A stretch of 20,220 nucleotides of DNA from Chloroflexota bacterium (GCA_020049115.1 JAIFLK010000258.1:1-20220), one strand, 5' to 3'. Shown: positions 1-7,783, counted from the stretch's first letter. Program-made: numbers and translations. Notes: generated by a model from the letters alone, not told the origin.

Positions 1-9
1 CCTTACTCC

Positions 10-1683
10 CTACTTATAAAATATCCGCAAGAAAGGGCGCATGGCTAAATTAGGGTTATCAGAAGTGGCAAAGAGTTTACCATTATTATCATAACGGTCA
101 GGCGTATAAACTGCCAAACGCATAACCGTCGCGTTATCGTTATATAGCTCAATAAACTCAGCGGTCATATCCCACCCTTTTTCAGACCCTGACGGATTAA
201 TCTGGCTAATAGGCGCAACCCAATGATTTTTGGCGGGGCGGCGTTTAACATTCTGAACAGGAACAGGGGCGTTATTCCATGTAATACTATCCTTTGACCA
301 ATCATCTTGAATGGTAAAAAGTTCAATCCAAGTAGGATTGGAGGTTGGAGTGGGTTCATCCTGTTGAAAGAGCGTAAACCAAGCCGTCTGAATCTCCTTA
401 CCTGGCGGCATGGAGTCAAGCGGAAAGGTGATGTAATATTTGGAGGCACAAGGCCATAAAACCAACCTGGTTTGGTTTTGGATGTTGACCAAAGACTCAC
501 CCGCATAATTTTTATTGCCCCATTGCGTCCAAAAGTCTAAACCTTGCCCACAATTTTGCCCCCCACCTACCACCGCGTCAATAACCATAGGTATCATCAC
601 CCCATTATCAACCCCATTTTGAATGGTCATGCTAATGACTTCCTCTCCAGGAGTAATGGCGGTGGGATTAAAAACCAACCGCCCCCACGTACTAGGCTTA
701 TCATCCACCGCCGCCAAAGGCCAATGGGTGGTCGTAATGGGTACAGTGATACCCACATTATCACGGTCATAAACCGCAACAGCCATGCGCCATTCGGTAT
801 CATTGGCAGGGCGTTCCATCAACCCTAACGCCGTAAAAGGAAGCGAGAAATTAAGCCGCCACCCTAAATCATCTTTTATATTCGTGTTAAAAACTCCCTC
901 AAAAGCAGTCCCCGTTGTAAAGGTGAAAGCCTGATTTTCTTGCCACCCCGTGCCATTGCCTTGATAAATGGCTCTAGTATTCGCATCAGGTGGGTCATTT
1001 GAGGCCGTTTGCGCCACAAATTTGTAATCATTCAAGCCAGGTTGCGCCTCATTTTGGCTATTCAAGTGCAGATAAATCGTAGCTCCATCCCATTTAGCCA
1101 AATCATTTTTAATGGGGTTAGCCTCCCGCCATAAATAACGGTCAGTAACATTTACCCACACATTTAAAGCATTGTCATCATACCCCACCCGCACATCGGT
1201 ATAATTATTCGCCTCATCAATTTTACCAAACCAGGTCATGCCCATCTCTTGCACCGCTATCGGCGTAGTCGTGAGACGAGGCAAATAAGGCGCATTGATA
1301 CGGCGGAACGGGTCAGGCGGAATAGGGGTGGCGGTAGGGATAGGCGTATCAGTGGGCGTGGCAGTGGCGGTCGCGGTCTCGGTGGCCGTTGCCGTCTCCG
1401 TCGCGGTGGCTGTCTCCGTCGGCGAAGGCGTTACGGTAGCCGTGTTGGTGGGCGAAGGAGGCATGGTGGCGGTATTAGTGGGTGAAGGCGTTGCCGTCGC
1501 GGTGCTAGTGGGCGTATTGGTTGGCACTGTATTAGGAGTGCCACTATCACTACTTATCATGGGCAAATAAACGGCTGTGCCTTGTTGCGCCCCCACTTGC
1601 ACGGGGGCAAAACTCAGCCCAATAACCACTAAAACGCCTACACCCATCGCTAAAAGCCCATGTAATTTTTGAGTATGTGTCAT
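10..1683 (-). CDS. Secreted protein with a Thr/Pro-rich linker, a CBM9/DOMON-like carbohydrate-binding-like middle domain and a C-terminal DNRLRE-like domain
   Basis: 557-aa ORF. Hydrophobic N-terminal signal peptide (LLAMGVGVLVVIGLSFAPVQVGAQQ), then ~90 aa of TPS/TNTAT repeats. The segment 'VRVGYDDNALNVWVNVTDRYLW' resembles the CBM9-like family-9 fold. The C-terminal 'DSITWNNAPVP' matches the TWNN(R/A)P signature of DNRLRE domains. Domain calls are from memory of the family motifs. Confidence 0.6.
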   Translation of the reverse strand: MTHTQKLHGLLAMGVGVLVVIGLSFAPVQVGAQQGTAVYLPMISSDSGTPNTVPTNTPTSTATATPSPTNTATMPPSPTNTATVTPSPTETATATETATATETATATATPTDTPIPTATPIPPDPFRRINAPYLPRLTTTPIAVQEMGMTWFGKIDEANNYTDVRVGYDDNALNVWVNVTDRYLWREANPIKNDLAKWDGATIYLHLNSQNEAQPGLNDYKFVAQTASNDPPDANTRAIYQGNGTGWQENQAFTFTTGTAFEGVFNTNIKDDLGWRLNFSLPFTALGLMERPANDTEWRMAVAVYDRDNVGITVPITTTHWPLAAVDDKPSTWGRLVFNPTAITPGEEVISMTIQNGVDNGVMIPMVIDAVVGGGQNCGQGLDFWTQWGNKNYAGESLVNIQNQTRLVLWPCASKYYITFPLDSMPPGKEIQTAWFTLFQQDEPTPTSNPTWIELFTIQDDWSKDSITWNNAPVPVQNVKRRPAKNHWVAPISQINPSGSEKGWDMTAEFIELYNDNATVMRLAVYTPDRYDNNGKLFATSDNPNLAMRPFLRIFYK

Positions 1684-1728
1684 AGTTTTGCTCCTAAGTA
1701 CCCAAGCAAAAGTTTTGCGGCATGTTTT

Positions 1729-1761
1729 AGCCCTTATAAGGCTTAAAGCCTTATAAGGGCT
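1729..1761. repeat. Perfect hairpin, 14-bp stem and 5-nt loop (agcccTTATAAGGc-ttaaa-gCCTTATAAgggct); member of the TTATAAGG hairpin repeat family
   Basis: Reverse complement of the left arm equals the right arm exactly. The same core recurs at 2955, 6408, 7679 and 12337. Confidence 0.8.
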
Positions 1762-1819
1762 GCCCCAGAATTTATGCTCACCTACTTATATAATATGCCA
1801 AATTGTTTCAATCGCGAAG

Positions 1820-1843
1820 TCCAACGGGTTATAACCCATTGGA
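1820..1843. promoter_or_regulatory. 24-bp near-perfect DNA palindrome TCCAACGGGTTATAACCCATTGGA, candidate operator
   Basis: 11 of 12 symmetric positions pair and the centre is TTATAA. It lies ~140 bp upstream of the 10..1683 gene start on the minus strand. TATAAT-like boxes are adjacent (ctagctataat, acttatataat). Confidence 0.3.
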
Positions 1844-1869
1844 CTCCCTCTAGCTATAATAATGCTTAA

Positions 1870-2913
1870 TTACGCTGCTAACCGTGACCCAACATCACGA
1901 AAATTGGGGTCTTCAGCATAAATTTTCTCAAACTCTTTACGGGCTTGGGCGCGCTTACCTGAAGTTTCGTAAGCAACCGCCCGCCAATAAGCTGCCTCGC
2001 GCAATAATTCAGGGCTGCGGTCTTTCTTACTTCGCAAGGCTTTAGTCAAAACCGTACTCGCCGCGTCCGCCATGTTTTTGGCTAACAACGCCCGCGCATA
2101 CATGGTAGCAATCGCCAATGTTACGTTATCTATCACTTCGACTTTGCTGGCGCGCTCAATTAGCTCATCCCAGGCTTGGGCTTCGGCGTATAACTCACAT
2201 AACGATAACGTTAACACTGGCTCAGGGGCTAATGATTCCACCTCTTCTAACAAGGCAATCGCTTCATCCATGCGCCCTTGTGTTTGATAAAGTTCCGTCA
2301 ACAATAACACGGGGGCTAACCCTTCCACTGGCACTGAGGCGGTCAGCGTGGGCGTAATGGCAATGTCAATACAGGCCCCCGCCAAATATTTCTGCATCAA
2401 CGCGCTCGGATATTCCGCGTCACTTTGCACAATACTTTCTAATAAAGGCAACGCGCGGCGTTGGTCACTACTACTGCGCTTGCTCAAAATATCTGCCGCT
2501 AATAAGGCCGCGCCAGGTTCAGTGGCAATATCCAAAAATATGCGTAAGGCTTCGTCCAGGTTATTCGCCTGATAAAACTCTAACGCCTTCGCTAACCCTT
2601 TTTCCTCCGTTGAGGCAAACATGCCAGGGCTAGGCAGGGCAGGGGCAGTTTGAGTAGCAACGGCATTATTAGCCGCAGCCTTACTATTTCCGCCGCCGCC
2701 AAATAATGTCCAAAAATTAAGGCCATAGCCCGCCCCAATTTGTTTCGTATAGCTCAAACCCGTCCCAGGAATACCCACCGTAAAACTTGTTCCCGTTGGC
2801 CCCGTATTTAACCGTAAGCCTTGCACGCCAACGCTGGCCCCCACGCCCGTTTTACTCACATTCAAACGGAAAAGTTTACCTAATGAAATTCTTTTTTGAA
2901 AACGAAACCCCAT
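1870..2913 (-). CDS. DUF4236 domain protein with C-terminal TPR-like helical repeats
   Basis: N-terminus 'MGFRFQKRISLGKLFRLNVSKTGVGASVGVQGLRLNTGPTGTSFTVGIPGTGLSY' matches the DUF4236 signature (RF.K...G.RLN.SKSG.s.SvG..G...n.G..G....GIPGTG). The remainder is Ala/Leu-rich with TPR-like periodicity (e.g. ...AYWRAVAYETSGKRAQARKEFEKIYAEDPNF). Confidence 0.65.
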   Translation of the reverse strand: MGFRFQKRISLGKLFRLNVSKTGVGASVGVQGLRLNTGPTGTSFTVGIPGTGLSYTKQIGAGYGLNFWTLFGGGGNSKAAANNAVATQTAPALPSPGMFASTEEKGLAKALEFYQANNLDEALRIFLDIATEPGAALLAADILSKRSSSDQRRALPLLESIVQSDAEYPSALMQKYLAGACIDIAITPTLTASVPVEGLAPVLLLTELYQTQGRMDEAIALLEEVESLAPEPVLTLSLCELYAEAQAWDELIERASKVEVIDNVTLAIATMYARALLAKNMADAASTVLTKALRSKKDRSPELLREAAYWRAVAYETSGKRAQARKEFEKIYAEDPNFRDVGSRLAA

Positions 2914-2928
2914 GATAATATTCCTTTA

Positions 2929-2944
2929 TATTAGTTAGTTAGTT
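2929..2944. repeat. (TTAG)4 microsatellite giving stop codons in all three frames on both strands
   Basis: ttagttagttagttag sits between the start of the DUF4236 gene and the stop of the MVP-like gene. Confidence 0.7.
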
Positions 2945-2954
2945 AGCGAGTCAG

Positions 2955-3013
2955 CGTTAAGCGAGTCAGCGATTATAAGGCTCAAAGCCTTATAATCGCT
3001 GACTCGCTTAACG
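2955..3013. repeat. Perfect 27-bp-stem palindrome (cgttaagcgagtcagcgattataaggc-tcaaa-reverse complement), a composite of the GCGAGTCAGC repeat and the TTATAAGG hairpin core
   Basis: Reverse complement of 2955-2981 equals 2987-3013. 'agcgagtcagcg' occurs twice in tandem (2944-2955, 2961-2972) and again, inverted, at 5481-5553. Confidence 0.85.
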
Positions 3014-4393
3014 TGTCTCAATGCTTAAATTAACGTCGGCGGGGGTGAAATAAAGGGTCGCATTACCCTGACTCACCGCCTCTAACGCCTCTTGTTTTCG
3101 TAAGGTATTAAAAATCGCCAGCTTATTTGGCAAAGGTAACTCCTCGCCTAACCCATTAAGGAAGGCTTGCACCTTAAACGCCTCCGCCTCACCCGCCGTC
3201 AACGCCTCCACTTGGGCATGGTCACGCCGCAAGGCCAACAGTTGCCCACGCATCTGCTCCGCCTCAATTTCACCTTTAATCTGTTTCAACTTCGTTTCAT
3301 TTTCACTCTCTTGCTTTTGTTGCCGATTGAGACGGTTGGTGGTTTCAGTGATAATTTCCTGTAATATCCGTTGCGTGGCGGCATCTTTACAGGAAATAGA
3401 GCGCACCTCCACCGCATTGAGTTGCACCCCGCGCTCGGTATAAAACGTCATATCACTTTCTAACACCGCCTGATAAATGATTAAATTGAAACTCGCCAAA
3501 AATTTCTCCAGCGTCACCTGTGACACCGATTGAATGATGGCACTGCGAGCATGGGAGCAAATATCGCCTGGCGTGTCATCGGTTTTGCTAATCATGGCCT
3601 CAAAATCCGCCACCGCCCAAAAAAAGGTAATGCCAATCGTTAATTCTACGTTATCTTGAGTCCGCGCCTCAAACTCATACCACATGAACTTCGGACGCAA
3701 ATCAAACTTGGTCAGGCGCAAATCGCGACGCTCTTTATGCAGCCCCGTTGACCAGCGCAACTCCACAATTTCGGAGTAAGGGTCAAGAAAAAAGGCACGG
3801 TCAGGGTCGGTGCCGCGCTTAATGGTATATTTCCCTGTTCTATCACGGATAATAACGACTTCGTTATCTTCCAATAAAATCCGTTGACGCACTTTTACAA
3901 TTTCTTGTTGGGCGGTTGGAATAAAAACTTGCGGTGTCGTAATTAACTCCAACTGCCCCGTATGCGTATCACGCACCATGACGGCAGTTTGTTCATCAAT
4001 GTTAATCCCATCTTCAACTTTAACGATGATTTGCTCAGTCGGTTGCACATAGATACTTTGCTCCCCTCGTTCCACCCGCACCATGCCTGTTTTTTCGTCC
4101 ATGATACGAACATATTGATGTTTTTTCAGGGGAACAGCCTGTAATTCAACATCAATTTCATCAGTTGCTGACAGAAACAATAATTTTGGCCCAATTTCAA
4201 TCCGTTTTTCACCTGTTAAAACATTAAGCACCCGTACATAATCGGTTGGCCCCAAAACAGTCGCCTTACGCCGCTTCACCCGCCAAAAGGGGCGCGCCCA
4301 ACATTGGCCAGGCCCATTCACCACCCACCGTTTGCTAAAGGCTGCAATGAGTAACTGTTCGTCATCTTTGAGAAAGTATAGCCAGGGAATCAT
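3008..4393 (-). CDS. Major vault protein (MVP) homologue, short bacterial form: ~4 MVP repeats, an SPFH-like shoulder domain and a cap-helix region
   Basis: 461-aa ORF. Repeated ~50-aa modules 'YVRVLNVLTGEKRIEIGPK', 'YVRIMDEKTGMVRVERGEQSIYVQP', 'AVMVRDTHTGQLELITTPQVFIP' and 'VVIIRDRTGKYTIKRGTDPDRAFFLDP' resemble MVP repeats. The segment 'TQDNVELTIGITFFWAVADFEAMISKTDDTPGDICSHARSAIIQSVSQVTLEKF' aligns with the eukaryotic MVP shoulder (…ADHARLQLQLAYNWHFEV…[27 protein letters not shown]…). A following E/Q/A-rich helix resembles the cap-helix. Confidence 0.65.
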   Translation of the reverse strand: MIPWLYFLKDDEQLLIAAFSKRWVVNGPGQCWARPFWRVKRRKATVLGPTDYVRVLNVLTGEKRIEIGPKLLFLSATDEIDVELQAVPLKKHQYVRIMDEKTGMVRVERGEQSIYVQPTEQIIVKVEDGINIDEQTAVMVRDTHTGQLELITTPQVFIPTAQQEIVKVRQRILLEDNEVVIIRDRTGKYTIKRGTDPDRAFFLDPYSEIVELRWSTGLHKERRDLRLTKFDLRPKFMWYEFEARTQDNVELTIGITFFWAVADFEAMISKTDDTPGDICSHARSAIIQSVSQVTLEKFLASFNLIIYQAVLESDMTFYTERGVQLNAVEVRSISCKDAATQRILQEIITETTNRLNRQQKQESENETKLKQIKGEIEAEQMRGQLLALRRDHAQVEALTAGEAEAFKVQAFLNGLGEELPLPNKLAIFNTLRKQEALEAVSQGNATLYFTPADVNLSIETR

Positions 4394-4412
4394 GCACGCT
4401 CCTTCTGAATGA

Positions 4413-5357
4413 TTATGATTGAGGCGATTGCTCAGGAAATTTCACTAGGGCGTTAAAATCAGTTAGGGTGGGAACGGTGAAAAGATGGTCACTGAGTTGG
4501 TCAAAGGTGGTGGAGTCCTTAATGCTGTTTAATTTTGCTATCAGGTAAGGGGGCAGTGGCCCAAATCTAAGTACCAATAAGCGCATGAGCAATTGTCTTT
4601 TCCCTTTAACCTCGCCAATGGCTTCGCCTATGGCCTTACCTTTCGCTTTGGCTTTAAGGGCAATACGTTCACTCCATGTTAATTCAACTTGAGCTAAATG
4701 AGTCATAATATCACTTTCTCCTACAGCTATTTTTTTACTAGGTAAATAGGTTTGGACTAGATTGACTAGATAAAGTTGGTCGGCTAATTCTAGTTCACTA
4801 TTCATCACCGATTCTAAGGCGGCTAATTTGACCGCAGCTTTCTCATGACTTGCTGATTTCATTAAGGTGGCGAGGGTAGCGGCAACGGGGTCGCCACTTA
4901 TCAGGTAATCATGGCTTGGTAAATCCCGTATGCCCACTTGCCCATAACGAAAATGAATCAATTCCTCCTCGAACAACGATTCACGATAACTTTTCCAGGC
5001 TAGGCCACCTACTTTGGGCAATAAAACCAGAGTTAAGGGTAAAATGGGCTTTTGGCGTAAAACCCGTAGTAAAGCATAATATTCAAAAAGACGTTGGGGC
5101 AAAGTAGTTTTATTTTGCTTTTCTATCTCTACATGAACAATAATGACTTCAGGTTGCCCACTAAATGTTTCGACTTCGGCCACCACATCGGGAATACGGA
5201 GGAAGGTATTAGGCAGGTTGATGATGAGTTCTCTTTCTAAAAAGATGAGGGTTTTAAAATTAAGATGAATTGCTTTTTCAGGAAAAAATAGCGTGACAAA
5301 TTCGGGTAGGAAACGATGAAAGAACTCTTTGAACAAACGGTCATGTAAGGTTGACAT
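4413..5357 (-). CDS. Rpn-family recombination-promoting nuclease / putative transposase (PD-(D/E)XK N-terminal domain plus C-terminal DUF4351)
   Basis: 'MSTLHDRLFKEFF' matches the Rpn/YhgA N-terminal HDxxFK motif. 'VIIVHVEIEKQ' is the PD-(D/E)XK core. The C-terminal 'KGKAIGEAIGEVKGKRQLLMRLLVLRFGPLP…' resembles DUF4351. The ORF track starts 14 codons further upstream at 5399; the Met at 5357 fits the family N-terminus better. Confidence 0.6.
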   Translation of the reverse strand: MSTLHDRLFKEFFHRFLPEFVTLFFPEKAIHLNFKTLIFLERELIINLPNTFLRIPDVVAEVETFSGQPEVIIVHVEIEKQNKTTLPQRLFEYYALLRVLRQKPILPLTLVLLPKVGGLAWKSYRESLFEEELIHFRYGQVGIRDLPSHDYLISGDPVAATLATLMKSASHEKAAVKLAALESVMNSELELADQLYLVNLVQTYLPSKKIAVGESDIMTHLAQVELTWSERIALKAKAKGKAIGEAIGEVKGKRQLLMRLLVLRFGPLPPYLIAKLNSIKDSTTFDQLSDHLFTVPTLTDFNALVKFPEQSPQS

Positions 5358-5480
5358 GAGAAAATTATAGCCGTAAAACCACCTAGAGACAATAAACATG
5401 GCGTTATTTTGTAAGGCAAGGGGTTAGCCTAATTTTGACATATTTTAACTATTATGGAAAATCAAGCTAAATCAAACTTT

Positions 5481-5553
5481 AATAGCGAGTCAGCGAGTCA
5501 GCTATCAGCAAAAAAGCTGACAGACTGAACGCTGACTAGCTGACTCGCTGACA
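5481..5553. repeat. Imperfect inverted repeat built from GCGAGTCAGC units (agcgagtcagcgagtcagctatcagc … gctgactagctgactcgctga)
   Basis: Direct tandem 'gcgagtcagc' on the left arm and its reverse complement on the right. It lies in the divergent intergenic region between the Rpn gene and the histidine phosphatase gene and belongs to the same family as 2944-3013. Confidence 0.7.
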
Positions 5554-5567
5554 ACTGAAGGCTAAAT

Positions 5568-6296
5568 ATGGAACTCTATCTCATTCGTCATGGTCAATCT
5601 TACAACAACGCGCTGCCCGACCAAACCCAGCGCGTGGCTGAACCACCCCTAACCGCGCTCGGCCTGCGCCAAGCGGCTGCCGTCGCGGAATATCTCGCCA
5701 CAGGAATTAATCGAGAATTTATTGTTCGTAATATTAACGCTGTTGAAATGACTCAACTCACTTACCAAAAAGGGTATGGTATTACGAAACTTTATTGCAG
5801 TGCCATGTATCGTGCCATGCAAACCGCCCAACCCATTGGACAGGCTTTAGGCTTAAACCCCGAAATCTGGCTGGATATTCATGAATATGGCGGCATTCAT
5901 TCGACCATTGATGGGGAGGAAGTGGGGCAGCCTGGCAAAAGTCGCGCCGAAATTTTGGCCGAATTTCCTAACTATATCTTACCTGACGGCGTGACCGACA
6001 AAGGGTGGTGGTTTGGCGGCCATGAAGATTGGCCGCTGTGCCATGCCCGCGCCATCCGTACCGCCCGCGCCTTGAAAGAGCGCGCCCATCTTAAGGAAAA
6101 AATCGGCCTGGTGGCGCACGGCGGCTTTATTGATGTGTTGCTGAAAGCCCTGTTCAATCAATTGCCGAGCATGAATCTTTTTTATCATCTTTACAATACC
6201 TCTATTACGCGGCTTGATTTTGACCCCGAAGGCCGTTTTATTGAGGTCATCTGCCTCAACCGTATCCACCATTTGCCACCAGAGTTGATTTCGTAA
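5568..6296 (+). CDS. Histidine phosphatase family protein (phosphoglycerate-mutase-like, branch 1)
   Basis: N-terminal 'LYLIRHGQSYNN' is the RHG catalytic motif and a second His is in 'LVAHGGF'. Length is 242 aa. The RBS 'gaagg' is upstream. Confidence 0.8.
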   Translation: MELYLIRHGQSYNNALPDQTQRVAEPPLTALGLRQAAAVAEYLATGINREFIVRNINAVEMTQLTYQKGYGITKLYCSAMYRAMQTAQPIGQALGLNPEIWLDIHEYGGIHSTIDGEEVGQPGKSRAEILAEFPNYILPDGVTDKGWWFGGHEDWPLCHARAIRTARALKERAHLKEKIGLVAHGGFIDVLLKALFNQLPSMNLFYHLYNTSITRLDFDPEGRFIEVICLNRIHHLPPELIS

Positions 6297-6304
6297 TTAT
6301 ATTA

Positions 6305-6350
6305 CAAAAAGGGTAAGTCCAGGCCATGCCTAGACTTGCCCTTTTTATTA
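6305..6350 (+). terminator. Intrinsic terminator after the histidine phosphatase gene
   Basis: Stem aagggtaagtc…gacttgccctt (one G·U pair) followed by ttttt. Confidence 0.6.
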
Positions 6351-6351
6351 T

Positions 6352-6379
6352 GGTCAATCACGCAGTTTTATGCTATAAT
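6352..6379 (+). promoter_or_regulatory. Sigma70-type promoter with extended -10 (TGcTATAAT) for the esterase gene
   Basis: TATAAT at 6374-6379 with TG at 6371-6372. A weak -35 'ggtcaa' lies ~17 bp upstream. Confidence 0.5.
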
Positions 6380-6407
6380 GGGGCATCATTTCAATGAGAG
6401 GAAAACT

Positions 6408-6441
6408 AGCCATTATAAGGTTCTGAAACCTTATAATGGCT
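6408..6441. repeat. TTATAAGG-family hairpin (agccaTTATAAGGtt-ctga-aaCCTTATAAtggct) in the 5' UTR of the esterase gene
   Basis: Perfect 15-bp arms. It sits between the extended -10 promoter and the RBS/ATG at 6455. Confidence 0.8.
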
Positions 6442-6454
6442 GAGGCAATCAGCT

Positions 6455-7471
6455 ATGAGCCAAATTGTGATAGAAACCGTTATAAGTGAACTCTTAAAAC
6501 ATAACCCCCTCGGCGACCCGCGCACCCGCCGCGTGCCAGTCTATTTACCTGATGGGTATGACGATAGCGAGGCCGATTATCCCGTAGTTTATTTATTGGC
6601 GGGTTTTACGGGGCGTGGCACGTTAATGCTCAACGACTCCGCTTTTGGCGAGACCATTCATGAACGCATGGACAGGCTCATTGCCAGTGGCCGCGTGCAG
6701 CCCATGATTTTGGTGATGCCTGATGGCTTCACCCGTTACGGCGGCAGTCAATATCTCAATTCCTCCGCCACTGGGCGATATGAAGACCATCTCGTGCAAG
6801 AGTTAGTTCCTTGGATTGACGAACGCTACCGCACCCGCGCCGAAGCGGGCTATCGCGCGATTGCGGGCAAATCCTCTGGTGGCTATGGCGCGATTGTCCA
6901 AGCCATGCGTCATCCAGAGGTGTTTGGGGCAGTGGCCTGTCATAGCGGCGACATGTATTTTGATTTTTGTTACAAGCCCGATTTTGTGAAGTTTCTTAAC
7001 GCAACGGCTCGCGCTAAATTAACTACGCCTGAAGCCTTAGCTGAATTTCTGGCCGCGTTCTATCCTAAAATGCACCCTAAGCCAAGTTACTTTTTTGACC
7101 TCATTCATACCTCTGCCATGTCGGCTTGTTACTCACCCAACCCTGACTCACCATGTGGGTTCGATTTACCCATCGACTTTGTTACAGGTGAGTTACGAAA
7201 AGAGGTGTGGCAGCGTTGGCTAGAGCATGACCCTATCACCATGTTACAAAACAATGAGCATGTCATGGCTCTGCGCGGAGCCAAGCTGGTTTATCTTGAT
7301 TGTGGCAATCAAGATGAATATGCCTTACATTATGGGGCGCGGATTTTTGCCCAACGGTTGCAGGCCTTAGGCGTGCCGCATGTTCATCAAGAGTTTGACG
7401 GTACACACCGCGACACCGAACATCGTTATGATGTTTCGTTGCAAGCTATTTCTGAGGCATTTGCGGCCTAA
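6455..7471 (+). CDS. Esterase family alpha/beta-hydrolase (PF00756 putative esterase / esterase D–enterochelin-esterase-like)
   Basis: 338-aa ORF. 'VVYLLAGFTGRG', 'LVMPDG' and the nucleophile elbow 'GKSSGGYGA' (GxSxG) are present, with a downstream 'HSGDMYFD'. The RBS 'tgagg' is 8 nt upstream. Confidence 0.7.
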   Translation: MSQIVIETVISELLKHNPLGDPRTRRVPVYLPDGYDDSEADYPVVYLLAGFTGRGTLMLNDSAFGETIHERMDRLIASGRVQPMILVMPDGFTRYGGSQYLNSSATGRYEDHLVQELVPWIDERYRTRAEAGYRAIAGKSSGGYGAIVQAMRHPEVFGAVACHSGDMYFDFCYKPDFVKFLNATARAKLTTPEALAEFLAAFYPKMHPKPSYFFDLIHTSAMSACYSPNPDSPCGFDLPIDFVTGELRKEVWQRWLEHDPITMLQNNEHVMALRGAKLVYLDCGNQDEYALHYGARIFAQRLQALGVPHVHQEFDGTHRDTEHRYDVSLQAISEAFAA

Positions 7472-7480
7472 AACCCTAAC

Positions 7481-7667
7481 GCCTAGCTGTCCTAGTACAC
7501 CGTTCATTTAATTATTAGTATATCCGAACAGACAGGAATGTCTGTTCCACCGTTGGTAGGTCAGACATTCCTGTCTGACAATGTCTGTTCCACCGTTGGT
7601 AGGTCAGACATTCCTGTCTGACCATATACTAAAAACTAAATGAACAATCCACTAGTACAGCTAGGCA
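7481..7667. mobile_element. MITE-like non-autonomous element: ~43-bp terminal inverted repeats around two tandem ~44-bp units, each carrying small palindromes
   Basis: Left end 'gcctagctgtcctagtacaccgttcatttaattattagtatat' versus the reverse complement of the right end 'gcctagctgtactagtggattgttcatttagtttttagtatat' (~80% identity). The internal unit 'aatgtctgttccaccgttggtaggtcagacattcctgtctgac' occurs twice in tandem and contains the palindromes acagaca…tgtctgt and gtcagaca…tgtctgac. Confidence 0.6.
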
Positions 7668-7678
7668 TGAGTAACTAA

Positions 7679-7716
7679 CCAGCCGTTATAAGGTTCAAAA
7701 CCTTATAACGGCTGGA
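7679..7716. repeat. TTATAAGG-family hairpin (ccagccgTTATAAGGtt-caaa-aaCCTTATAAcggctgg)
   Basis: Perfect 17-bp arms. It lies just right of the MITE-like element and upstream of the DUF4397 gene promoter. Confidence 0.8.
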
Positions 7717-7754
7717 CGCACTACGCGTTAAAATTTCAACGCAAGGGGCTAACC

Positions 7755-7783
7755 TTGTTTTTATGATGTAAAATCGCTACAAT
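7755..7783 (+). promoter_or_regulatory. Candidate sigma70 promoter for the DUF4397 gene (TTGTTT-17-TACAAT)
   Basis: -35-like 7755-7760 and -10-like 7778-7783 with a 17-bp spacer, ~45 bp upstream of the ATG at 7829. Confidence 0.4.

Noticed and set aside
1249-1570. Plus-strand ORFs 1249..1485 and 1295..1570, which are Arg/Gly-rich or Val/Ala-rich
   Set aside because: They are alternative-frame or antisense translations of the Thr/Pro-linker coding repeats of the 10..1683 gene. Low-complexity repeat DNA keeps several frames open, and there are no start-site signals.
4413-5399. Taking the Rpn nuclease start codon at 5399, as in the ORF track
   Set aside because: The family N-terminus normally begins M-x-x-x-HDxxFK, which matches the internal Met at 5357. 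The extra 14 residues (MFIVSRWFYGYNFL) have no counterpart I recognise. The longer form is kept only as an alternative.
7524-7622. A CRISPR array, suggested by two direct ~44-bp repeats
   Set aside because: There are only two units and no unique spacers of regular length. The units are flanked by terminal inverted repeats, and no cas genes are nearby. This fits a MITE-like element and not CRISPR.
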